Of a stretch of DNA of 64,000 nucleotides, positions 11,172 to 19,543 are shown in pieces. Every line of letters starts with the position of its first letter. Within the stretch, counting starts at the first letter, position 1. The notes under the pieces are model-generated. The model had not been told where the DNA came from. It saw nothing but the letters and a program-made list of their open reading frames with translations, and did no database searches. The translations under genes and the position numbers were made by a program. The stretch comes from Candidatus Multivoradales bacterium (GTDB taxonomy: Bacteria > Acidobacteriota > Thermoanaerobaculia > Multivoradales > Multivoraceae): assembly GCA_965223325.1 (NCBI GenBank), contig CBDCWI010000001.1, forward strand, positions 448,001 to 512,000, given 5' to 3'.

Positions 11172-12769
11172 ACACCAATGAACGCGGTGACCGGGTGAAC
11201 GGGCCGCTCTACATCGGGATCGACAGCTCGACCCAGAGCACCACCGCGATCGTGCTCGATCGCAACCGCGATGACGTCATCGCCAGAGAAAGCGTCGTCT
11301 ACGACGACGATCTCCCTCAATGGGGTACGCGGGGCGGCCAGCTCGAGGCGCGCGACCGCCGCGTCGGTCATGCGCCACCGCTCCTGTGGATCGATGCGCT
11401 CGAAGAGGTGACCAGACGCCTTGCCGATTCGGTCGACCTCGGCAGCGTCGGAGCCATTGCGGTGGCCGCCCAACAGCACGGCACGGTCTACCTCAACGAA
11501 GCGGCACCGAAACGCCTCGCGAGGCTCGCCGATCTCGACCCAGGGGAGCCGCTCCGAAGCGGCCTCGAAAGCGTCCTCGCGCGCCAGGTCTCTCCGATCT
11601 GGACCGACAGCAGCACAACCGAGGAGTGCGCCGAGATTCGTGCCGCTCTGGGGGGCATCGCCGCGGCGGCCCGTCTCACTGGCTCGGATGTCTTCGAGCG
11701 CTTCGTCGCCCCGCAGGTGCGGCGGTTCTGGAAGCAGTCACCGGAAGACTGGCAGGCTACCCGGCACCTGCTGATGGTGAGTTCGTTCATCACCTCGGTC
11801 CTCGCCGGCCGAGTCGCTCCCATCGACTATGGCGACGCCAGTGGCACCAACCTGCTAGACATCAGAAAGCACGACTGGTCCAACGAAGCCCTCGATGCTT
11901 CGGCACCGGACCTCCGCCAGAAGCTCCTTGCACCCGCTTCCCCAGAGACGATCATCGGTCCAATCAACCCCTGGTTCGCGCGCACCTTCGGCCTGGGCGC
12001 TGACACGCTGGTTGCCATCGGCACCGGTGACAACCCCTCGAGCGCACAAGGCGTTGGCCTCGCCGAACCCGGCGACGCGGCCCTCAGCCTCGGCACCAGC
12101 GACACGCTCTTCGCCCTCGCTGAGGAACCCCGCGTCGACGTCGAGGGGCGTTCGCACGTCTTCATCGCCGCCACCGGTCACCCGATGAACCTCTTCTGCG
12201 TTCGAAACGGCGGCCTGGTGCGCGAACTGGTGCGCGATCTCAACGGCCTGGACTGGCAGGGTTTTGCCGACGCCATCGACACAGCGCCCCCGGGCTCGAA
12301 CGGCAGCCTGGTGCTCCCCTGGCGAGAGCCCGAGATCCTGCCGCGACTCGCCAGCCCCCTCTTCGGCGCGCGAGGCGACATCGACCTTCAGGAACCTGCC
12401 GCCTGTCGCGCTCTGGTCGAAGCGCAGATGCTGTCGCTCAGAATCCACGCCCAACAACTCGGCATCCAGCCCACGACGCTACGCCTGACCGGCGGCTCCT
12501 CGACCAGCGCCGCCATCGCGCAGCTGGTAGCGGACGTCTTCTCCTGCCCGGTCGAGCGCATCGGCTCGGCTGATTCGGCCGCCCTCGGCGCGGCCCTGCG
12601 CGCCGCGGGCGCCGTGGCAGCTGACGAGCCCGAATCACAAGCAGCCGTGCGCACTTGGCAGGCCGCCTGCACGAAGCCAGAGATGCGAACCGAGCCTCGT
12701 TTGGAAACTGCACCGCTCTACGAGTCGCTCGCTCTCTGCCTCCGTGAAGAAATTGGGAGCATGAACTGA
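11168..12769 (+). CDS. xylB: Xylulokinase (FGGY family, resembling the eukaryote-type XylB)
   Basis: 'GIDSSTQS', 'QQHGTVY', 'SPIWTDSST..EC', 'GDNPSS', 'SLGTSDT'; ATGA overlap with xylA. Confidence 0.85.
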   Translation: MNTNERGDRVNGPLYIGIDSSTQSTTAIVLDRNRDDVIARESVVYDDDLPQWGTRGGQLEARDRRVGHAPPLLWIDALEEVTRRLADSVDLGSVGAIAVAAQQHGTVYLNEAAPKRLARLADLDPGEPLRSGLESVLARQVSPIWTDSSTTEECAEIRAALGGIAAAARLTGSDVFERFVAPQVRRFWKQSPEDWQATRHLLMVSSFITSVLAGRVAPIDYGDASGTNLLDIRKHDWSNEALDASAPDLRQKLLAPASPETIIGPINPWFARTFGLGADTLVAIGTGDNPSSAQGVGLAEPGDAALSLGTSDTLFALAEEPRVDVEGRSHVFIAATGHPMNLFCVRNGGLVRELVRDLNGLDWQGFADAIDTAPPGSNGSLVLPWREPEILPRLASPLFGARGDIDLQEPAACRALVEAQMLSLRIHAQQLGIQPTTLRLTGGSSTSAAIAQLVADVFSCPVERIGSADSAALGAALRAAGAVAADEPESQAAVRTWQAACTKPEMRTEPRLETAPLYESLALCLREEIGSMN

Positions 12770-12789
12770 AGAGACAACTCTCTAGTCCT

Positions 12790-13770
12790 TCACGCGCCGA
12801 GTCCCAGCCGAGCCGCTCGCTCGAGAAGAAGCTCCACGTACTTCTCCTTTAGTAGGGGAGCGAGAAAGCTGCGGTCGATGAGGTCGCGCCATAAGGGCAG
12901 CGCTCCCGCGAGCGATCCCAGAATGTCGTCGATCGAGGCATCTGTCAGTGCGAGGCGCTGGCGGGCGAAGTACTCCAGAAAATCTTCTCTTGTCAGTTTG
13001 TTCTTCTTTCCGCGCAGAGCAAGAGCAATCTCTTCGGTTGCAGCAGGCAACGCAATGGTCGTGTTGAAAAGATCGTAGGCAGGTGCCAGCCGAACGCGGT
13101 ACTGAGTGAGCGATACGTTTCCACGGCCCGGCAACTCCAGAGGCTCACTGATGACGCTCCAGTTCTTCAGATGCATGTCTTCGTTCCCCACCAGAAAGGA
13201 GAACAACGTGCGGCGAAACAACTCGAGGCGCTCGACACGCGGGAAGGTCGTGTACTCGAGCAGCGGAATCAGCCGCTCCATCGTGTACCCATACTTCGTC
13301 GCTCGCTTCTCGCCGGCCAGCTGGGCAAAGTCCTCGACGCTGCGCTTCTTTCCGCGGCCAACGCGATCGAACCGCTTGATGAAATAGGTGAGACTCCCGT
13401 CCCGCGAGAAGACCATTCCATGAACCGGCACTTCGATCCCAACCGCAGCGGCCATTCGCATGGTGACATCTTCGTTCTCGGGAACCGAACGAAAGGGTTC
13501 GACCTGAGGCTTGAGAATGTAAGTACCACCCTGGTCGACGATCTTGAACCTTCCCGCTGACGGCGAAAGGCGGGCGCTGAGTTTTGGCTGCACTCCTTGA
13601 ATCGACATCTTGGTCGCACGGGCCATCGCCTCTTCGCGTTGCTCGCGCGCCGAGTACTCGAGGTCCTGGAGTGACGAAAGGGCCGGCGAGAGGAGCCGCA
13701 GGCCGCGTCGCGAGTAGCGGCCCTCGCCAGGCTCTAGATCCTGATAGGTGATCGGGCAGCGACCCGTCAT
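12790..13770 (-). CDS. hipT: HipA-family kinase toxin (HipT-like)
   Basis: Gly-rich loop 'SIQGVQPK', catalytic 'GNEDMHLKNWS', 'LAPAYD'. Lacks the HipA N-terminal subdomain, which is encoded separately upstream. Confidence 0.85.
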   Translation of the reverse strand: MTGRCPITYQDLEPGEGRYSRRGLRLLSPALSSLQDLEYSAREQREEAMARATKMSIQGVQPKLSARLSPSAGRFKIVDQGGTYILKPQVEPFRSVPENEDVTMRMAAAVGIEVPVHGMVFSRDGSLTYFIKRFDRVGRGKKRSVEDFAQLAGEKRATKYGYTMERLIPLLEYTTFPRVERLELFRRTLFSFLVGNEDMHLKNWSVISEPLELPGRGNVSLTQYRVRLAPAYDLFNTTIALPAATEEIALALRGKKNKLTREDFLEYFARQRLALTDASIDDILGSLAGALPLWRDLIDRSFLAPLLKEKYVELLLERAARLGLGA

Positions 13771-14120
13771 TCCCCTGACTCGACCGAAACCGCACCGACG
13801 AGGTCCTTGCCCACCGCCAGCAACTGCCCGAGGTAGTCGTGTTCATCGAACTTTCCAGCAAACAGCAGGCCCTCGAGCTGGACTCCCTCCGGGAGAAGCC
13901 CATCGAAGAACGGTGGGAACTCGAAGAAGAGATACGGCTCCGCCCGAACCGGGAGTGTCAGCGAGATGGCTGGACCCACATAGCCTTCGCGGTAGGTCAC
14001 GCTGTAGCTCGGGTCGTCGCCCGATGGACCGGAATACCTCAGGTCGGCAGCAGGTCTAGCGTGAACGAGGAGCACGGCGTGTCGTTGGTGACCGGCTCCG
14101 TGATCAGCGGGCGTGCTCAC
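13767..14120 (-). CDS. hipS: HipA N-terminal-domain protein (HipS-like antitoxin)
   Basis: 'AISLTLP', 'PPFFDGLLPEG', 'DLVGAV' match Couple_hipA. GTG at 14120 overlaps the hipB stop and the stop overlaps the hipT ATG. Confidence 0.8.
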   Translation of the reverse strand: MSTPADHGAGHQRHAVLLVHARPAADLRYSGPSGDDPSYSVTYREGYVGPAISLTLPVRAEPYLFFEFPPFFDGLLPEGVQLEGLLFAGKFDEHDYLGQLLAVGKDLVGAVSVESGE

Positions 14121-14383
14121 GACGACAACCCTCGCGCTTTCGACGCCGAGGTTGTTTCGTCGGTTGGCATCGCCGCCTTGAGAGGACTGTCCCAATCGAC
14201 GCGAATGTTGAGGGCCGAGAGGATCTTGAGGAGGGTGTCGAGCCGAACGGTCGTCTTTCCATGTTCGACATCGTAGAGAACGGTCTTGCCGACACCGGCA
14301 AGTCGAGCCAGAGCGGCGCGACTCAGACCCGCCTGCTTGCGATGAAAGTGAACAATGCTCGAGAGGTTCGCCAGGGGTTGCAT
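14117..14383 (-). CDS. hipB: XRE/HTH_3 regulator (HipB-like)
   Basis: 'RKQAGLSRAALARLAGVGKTVLYDVEHGK' helix-turn-helix. ATG 14383 has GGAG upstream; ATG 14398 is an alternative start. Confidence 0.8.
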   Translation of the reverse strand: MQPLANLSSIVHFHRKQAGLSRAALARLAGVGKTVLYDVEHGKTTVRLDTLLKILSALNIRVDWDSPLKAAMPTDETTSASKARGLSS

Positions 14384-14399
14384 TCGGTAACGCTCCATT

Positions 14400-14561
14400 T
14401 TGCCGCTAAAGCGGCTCTCTCGACACTATAAGGCGTCATCGAACTCCTGATCAAGCCTGAGAAGGAACTTTTTACCGCTCTGGCAGTAAGTCTCTACCAA
14501 GAGATACCAGCCCACACCCCCACGAGGCTCGGCAAGCCTCTTTTTGCCGCACTCGCGGTAA
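14400..14561. promoter_or_regulatory. Three 18-bp palindromic operator-like boxes at a 72-bp period, plus a candidate minus-strand sigma70 promoter for hipBST
   Basis: TTGCCGC-TAAA-GCGGCTC (14400-14417), TTACCGC-TCTG-GCAGTAA (14472-14489), TTGCCGC-ACTC-GCGGTAA (14544-14561). Minus-strand TTGATC (14454-14449)-N18-TATAGT (14430-14425) lies between boxes 1 and 2. Confidence 0.7.
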
Positions 14562-14592
14562 ATTCAGGCTCTGGGCTGCGTCGCGCAGGCTT

Positions 14593-15114
14593 CTAGCGAT
14601 AGGTGTCGCTGCCGTGGGTGATCCAGCCACCCGGTCCGCGGCCGCGCGGATCGTGGTGGGTCCAGTGGACGACCCCGCCGCGATCGTTCCACTCATAGCG
14701 ACCCCTGAAGACCACCCGGTCGCCTTCGGAAACCGGAACCCGTTTCGCCAGGTCGATGTTGTGGGCAATGAGAATCGTGTGCCCCTCACCAATGTCGATG
14801 ATCAAGCGCTGATGGCGGTCACCCTTGTTGTCGTCGCGCAGGATGCGTTCGACGGTGCCATCGGCCTCGATCCACACGCCGGACTGGTGGTCGCGGTAGA
14901 GGTCGCGTAGAACCTGCTGGCCAGAGCGCGCGCGATCACTGGCAGCCGGTGAACTCTTCTCACTCGGCACCGGCTGGGCGGCGATCGGAGGCGTTCTCTG
15001 TGGATCGCTCTCTTCGAGCTGGGACAGGTCGAGACCGCACGCCGGCAACAGGAGGGCGAGAGCCACAAGGAACGTCCATCGACGGAGGGCATGCGTTTTC
15101 ATCGGCTGCAGCAT
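14593..15114 (-). CDS. DUF3465-like OB-fold lipoprotein
   Basis: Lipobox 'LPAC', 'L.DD..G.RHQR.I', 'AHNIDLA.RV', 'YEWN..GGVVHWTHHDP'. Confidence 0.8.
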   Translation of the reverse strand: MLQPMKTHALRRWTFLVALALLLPACGLDLSQLEESDPQRTPPIAAQPVPSEKSSPAASDRARSGQQVLRDLYRDHQSGVWIEADGTVERILRDDNKGDRHQRLIIDIGEGHTILIAHNIDLAKRVPVSEGDRVVFRGRYEWNDRGGVVHWTHHDPRGRGPGGWITHGSDTYR

Positions 15115-15197
15115 ACCGTCGACTGGCCTGCGCTTCGCGGCCTCTGACCTCCGGTTTTGTTGCTACTGTCGGCCCTTCGCCAGCTCGAGATCTCCAG

Positions 15198-16667
15198 ATG
15201 ACCCATCGCCAGGACAAGGCCACCGCAACCCGCCCACGGCTCGACCCCGAGACCGAACAGATGCGCGCCGAGGGGTACCGCGCAGTCGACGCGCTGGTTG
15301 AGTTCCTGGCGGCGCACAAAGAGCGCAAGGTGGGAACCTCGATGCCAGCCCCTGAACTGGCAGCGTTGGTCGACGAGCCGCTGCCGGCGGGGCCGCACGG
15401 TTTCGACGACACGCTCGACTTCTTTTTGCGCCAACTCGTTCCCCACATGACGCACGTGAGCCATCCGCGCTTTCACGCCTACATTCCCTGCCCCGGTTCG
15501 TTCTACGGCGCACTGGGAGCGTTCCTGGCGGCGGGCACCAACCCGTTCGTTGGCAGCTGGCTGGGCGGTGCGTCGATGGCATCACTCGAGCTCACGACGT
15601 TGCGCTGGGTCGCCGAGGCGGTGGGCTATCCCTGCGATGCCGCCGGCATCTTCACTTCGGGCGGCTCGATGGCCAATCTCGGCGCCGTCGCCGCGGCACG
15701 GAGCTACCACCAGCCGGCCATCGAGCGCGCACGCATCTACGTCTCGGAGGAGGGTCACACCTCGTTCGAGAAGGCGGCGCTGATCATCGGTTTTCCCGAA
15801 AACTCGATTCGCCGTTTGCCGACCGATGAAGCCTTTGTGATGCAGCCCGAAGTGGTGCGTCGAGCGATTGCCGAAGACCGCGAGAACGACCTCGAGCCCT
15901 TCCTGATCTCAGCCAACGCCGGGACCACCAACACCGGTTCGATCGACCCCCTCGATGGCCTCGCCGACATCGCCGCGGAGGAGAAGGTCTGGTTGCACGC
16001 CGATGCTGCCTACGGCGGTTTCGCCGCCCTCACCGCTGTGGGGCGCGCAAAGCTGGCGGGGCTCGAGCGCGTCGACTCCTTGACTCTCGACCCGCACAAG
16101 TGGCTCTACGTGCCGATGGGGGTTGGTTGCCTGCTGGTCAAACGCCGCGCGGGCGACACCGAGCCCCCGTTCGACATGGGGCGCTCGCCGCTCGACGAGG
16201 CGTTCGACAACGACGGAACGTATCTTCGCGACCTCGATCGGAGCGAAGTGAATTTCCTCACCCGCGGCCCCGAGCTCTCCAGACCGGCACGCGCCCTGCC
16301 GGTCTGGACCCTTCTGCGCACCGTCGGTATCGAGGCGATTCGCGAGCAGGTCGAGGCCGACCTCGAACTCGCGCGCTGGGTCGCTGGCGAGCTGGCCGCC
16401 GACGAACGATTCGAGCTGGTTCTCGAACCGAGCCTCTCAGTCGTCGTCTTCCGTCACCGACAAACGCGCGGCGAAACCGCGAAAGAGCGCGGACTGCGCG
16501 ACGACGAGCTGATGAAGCGCCTCCTCGAAGACGGCGAGACCATGCTTTCGACCACCACTCTTCGCGGCGAGACCGCGCTGCGGCTGGTGGTCATGAACCA
16601 TCGCACCGATCGCCGGGAGCTGGCCAGGACCCTGGCCGCGATTCGCCGTCTGGCGGTTACCCCCTGA
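15198..16667 (+). CDS. PLP-dependent group II amino acid decarboxylase
   Basis: 'FTSGGSMAN', 'AGTTNTG.IDP', 'WLHADAAYGG', PLP lysine in 'DPHKW'. Confidence 0.9.
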   Translation: MTHRQDKATATRPRLDPETEQMRAEGYRAVDALVEFLAAHKERKVGTSMPAPELAALVDEPLPAGPHGFDDTLDFFLRQLVPHMTHVSHPRFHAYIPCPGSFYGALGAFLAAGTNPFVGSWLGGASMASLELTTLRWVAEAVGYPCDAAGIFTSGGSMANLGAVAAARSYHQPAIERARIYVSEEGHTSFEKAALIIGFPENSIRRLPTDEAFVMQPEVVRRAIAEDRENDLEPFLISANAGTTNTGSIDPLDGLADIAAEEKVWLHADAAYGGFAALTAVGRAKLAGLERVDSLTLDPHKWLYVPMGVGCLLVKRRAGDTEPPFDMGRSPLDEAFDNDGTYLRDLDRSEVNFLTRGPELSRPARALPVWTLLRTVGIEAIREQVEADLELARWVAGELAADERFELVLEPSLSVVVFRHRQTRGETAKERGLRDDELMKRLLEDGETMLSTTTLRGETALRLVVMNHRTDRRELARTLAAIRRLAVTP

Positions 16668-16787
16668 GACCGCGGCGCCGGGCTGTTAACCCTTGTAGTA
16701 GCCTCGCCGCCTCACCACGATGCCAGCAAACGCAGGCATCGCCGTACCCCACCTCCCCCGCCTCCTGAGCTTCGGAACTCCCTCTCC

Positions 16788-17909
16788 ATGCAAGATGTCC
16801 TGCTGACCGGAAGCGGTCTTTATACCCCGCCCCAGGCCGTGTCGAACAAAGAGCTCGTCTTGAGCTTCAACCGCTGGGTGGCGTGTGCGAACCAGGCCAA
16901 CGCCCAAGCGATTGCGCGCGGTGAGACCTCTCCACTCGAGCCCTCGTCGGTCGAGTTCATCGAACGCGCGTCAGGAATCAAGAGTCGCTACCTGGTCGAT
17001 CGTGAGGGAGTGCTCGATCCGGCGGTCATGGCGCCACGCCTTCGCGAGCGTTCGGACGACGAGCCCTCGATTCTTTGTGAAATCGGTGCCGACGCCGCGC
17101 GCCAGGCACTCGAGCAAGCGGGCCGTACACCCGCCGAGGTCGACCTGGTGGTCGTGGCGTGTTCGAACCTCGAGCGCCCCTACCCGGCGATTGCCGTCGA
17201 ACTGCAGGACTACCTGGGGACCGAGGGCTTCGCCTACGACATGAACGTCGCCTGCTCCTCAGCAACCTTCGGCATCCAGGCAGCAGCGGACTCCCTGAGG
17301 AGCGGCTCGGCGGGCTGCGCCCTAGTGATCAACCCCGAAATCTGTTCCGGCCACCTCAACTTCCGTGATCGCGACAGTCACTTCATTTTCGGTGACGCCG
17401 CCACCGCAGTCGTGCTCGAAGCCGGCAGCGACCAGAACGCCCTGGAAAGCTGGAAGATCCTCGGCACCAGAACCCGCACGGTGTTCTCGAACAACATTCG
17501 CAACAACTTCGGCTTTCTCAACCGCGCACGCCCCGAAAGCGTCGGCACAGAGGACAAGCTCTTCAAGCAGCGCGGCCGACGGGTCTTCAAGGAGGTCGTG
17601 CCGCTGGTGGCGGATTTGATCCTCGAACACCTGGCGGAGTGCGAGATCGACCCGCAGCGCGTCTCGCGAGCCTGGCTGCACCAGGCCAACCTGGCCATGA
17701 ACGAGCTCATCGCCAGAAGGGTGTTTGGCGACGATCTCGCCCCCGACCAGGCACCGGTCATTCTCGACGAGTACGCCAACACCAGCTCGGCTGGCTCGGT
17801 GATCGCGTTTCACCTCCATCGTGCTGGCCTCGAGCGCGGCGACCTCGGCATTCTGTGCTCCTTCGGCGCCGGCTACTCGATCGGCAACGTGGTCCTCGAG
17901 AAGCTGTAA
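16788..17909 (+). CDS. fabH: Beta-ketoacyl-ACP synthase III (long-chain primer type)
   Basis: Cys 'VACSS', 'FGDAA', His 'HQAN', Asn 'ANTSSA', 'FGAG'. Confidence 0.88.
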   Translation: MQDVLLTGSGLYTPPQAVSNKELVLSFNRWVACANQANAQAIARGETSPLEPSSVEFIERASGIKSRYLVDREGVLDPAVMAPRLRERSDDEPSILCEIGADAARQALEQAGRTPAEVDLVVVACSNLERPYPAIAVELQDYLGTEGFAYDMNVACSSATFGIQAAADSLRSGSAGCALVINPEICSGHLNFRDRDSHFIFGDAATAVVLEAGSDQNALESWKILGTRTRTVFSNNIRNNFGFLNRARPESVGTEDKLFKQRGRRVFKEVVPLVADLILEHLAECEIDPQRVSRAWLHQANLAMNELIARRVFGDDLAPDQAPVILDEYANTSSAGSVIAFHLHRAGLERGDLGILCSFGAGYSIGNVVLEKL

Positions 17910-17916
17910 CGCCGCA

Positions 17917-19068
17917 GTGTCTTCGGCCAACAAGCAGGTTGAACTGAGGATCTGCCAGAACCTCTCCGACATCGAGGAAAGCGCCTGGGATGCCCTGCGC
18001 CCGGACGACAACCCGTTTCACTCCTGGGCATTTCTCGAGGGCCTCGAACGCGCCGGCTGCGCGGTCCCCGACCGCGGCTGGCACCCGTGTCACCTCACCT
18101 GTTGGCAGGGTGAGCGGCTGATCGGCGCCGCCCCGGCCTACCTCAAAGGCGACGGCATGGGCGACTTCTCGCGTGACTGGGGAATGGCCGATCTGGTGCA
18201 GCGGCTGGGCGCCCGCTTCTACCCCAAGTTGGTGGTGACGGTGCCGTTCAGCCCGGTAACCGGGTATCGCTTCCTGGTCGCCGAAGACGAGGATCGCCCG
18301 ATGATGACCCGCGCGCTTCTCGCCCTCGCCCTGGAGTTCACCCGCCAGAACGACTTCGCCTCCGTGCACGTTCTCTACTGTCACCCCGAGGAGCGCGATG
18401 CCATTGAAGGAGCCGGGCTGGCCATCCGCACGCTGACTCAGTACCACTGGCAAAACAACGAGTACCAGGTCTTCGACGACTGGCTGGCAGCCCTGCGCTC
18501 CAAGAAGCGCACCCAGATTCGCCGCGAGCGACGAGAGCTCGACCGTCAGGACCTGGACCTCGTAACGCTCCGCGGCGACGACCTAGCGGCCGATCCAACA
18601 CGTTGGGCCGAGGTCGCCTACGGCCTCTATGAGACCACCACCCAGAAGTACATGTGGGGCGGCACCTATCTGACACGCCTGTTCTTCGACCTGCTCTTCG
18701 AGCGCCTCGGCAACCAGATCGACCTGGTCCTGGCGCGCCCGGGTGGCGACGGCCCGCCAGTCGCCGGTGCCATCAACCTGGCGTCTTCGAGCCACCTCTA
18801 CGGCCGCTACTGGGGCTGCCATGAGGAACACCGCTTCTTGCACTTCAACGTTTGCATCTACCACGGTGTCGAGCAGTGCATCGAACGTGGCCTCTCGACC
18901 TTCGAGGGCGGTGCGGGCGGCGAGCACAAGCTGGCGCGAGGTTTCAGACCGGCGTTGGTCTATTCCGGACACAGCTTCATGGATGGAAACACCAACGACA
19001 TCCTGCGCCAGGCCCTGGCATCCGACGAAGCAAGACGACGACAGGCAGTGGCGGCATGGGGTCTCTAG
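17917..19068 (+). CDS. GNAT-fold FemAB-like protein (DUF482 type)
   Basis: 'YPKLVV.VPFSPVTG.R', 'LYGRYWG', 'LHFN.C.Y', 'FEGGAGGEHKLARGF'. Start set at GTG 17917. Confidence 0.85.
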   Translation: MSSANKQVELRICQNLSDIEESAWDALRPDDNPFHSWAFLEGLERAGCAVPDRGWHPCHLTCWQGERLIGAAPAYLKGDGMGDFSRDWGMADLVQRLGARFYPKLVVTVPFSPVTGYRFLVAEDEDRPMMTRALLALALEFTRQNDFASVHVLYCHPEERDAIEGAGLAIRTLTQYHWQNNEYQVFDDWLAALRSKKRTQIRRERRELDRQDLDLVTLRGDDLAADPTRWAEVAYGLYETTTQKYMWGGTYLTRLFFDLLFERLGNQIDLVLARPGGDGPPVAGAINLASSSHLYGRYWGCHEEHRFLHFNVCIYHGVEQCIERGLSTFEGGAGGEHKLARGFRPALVYSGHSFMDGNTNDILRQALASDEARRRQAVAAWGL

Positions 19069-19185
19069 GGCCGGAACGAGAGCCCATGCGAAAGCTCACG
19101 GTGAGCTCCCGGTTCCTGCGCAAGCCTCTGTGGGAAAGATAAGATTGCCCTTCGGGAACTACCTCCCCGGAACCCCCCCCGAACA

Positions 19186-19530
19186 ATGGCTGAGCAGAAT
19201 CAAGGAGACACCCTCGTCCAGACCCGGACGAAGAAGCGCCTGCAGCGCCCGCGCATGTATCGCGTTCTTCTCCACAACGACGACTTCACCCCACGCGATT
19301 TCGTCGTCATGCTGCTGGTTTCGATTTTCAGCAAGAGCGAATCCGACGCCTCTGCCATCATGCTCAAAGCCCACAACACCGGCGTCAGTATTGCCGGTGT
19401 CTACCCGCGTTCGATTGCCGAAACCAAGGTGGCCGAGACCTTAGAAGCTGCCGACCGAGCCGGTTTTCCCCTGATGTGCACAATGGAGCCTGACTCCGAC
19501 GGTGACCGTGCCGACGGCGAAGGCGAATAA
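19186..19530 (+). CDS. clpS: ATP-dependent Clp protease adaptor ClpS
   Basis: 'YRVLLHNDDFTP..FVV', 'AETK', 'FPL.CTME'; directly upstream of clpA. Confidence 0.95.
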   Translation: MAEQNQGDTLVQTRTKKRLQRPRMYRVLLHNDDFTPRDFVVMLLVSIFSKSESDASAIMLKAHNTGVSIAGVYPRSIAETKVAETLEAADRAGFPLMCTMEPDSDGDRADGEGE

Positions 19531-19543
19531 GGAATCTCGACTG

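Noticed and set aside
14400-14561. Possible mini-CRISPR array (regularly spaced palindromic repeats)
   Set aside because: Repeats are only 18 bp and degenerate, with 54-bp gaps and no cas genes. Their position over a TA promoter fits operators better.
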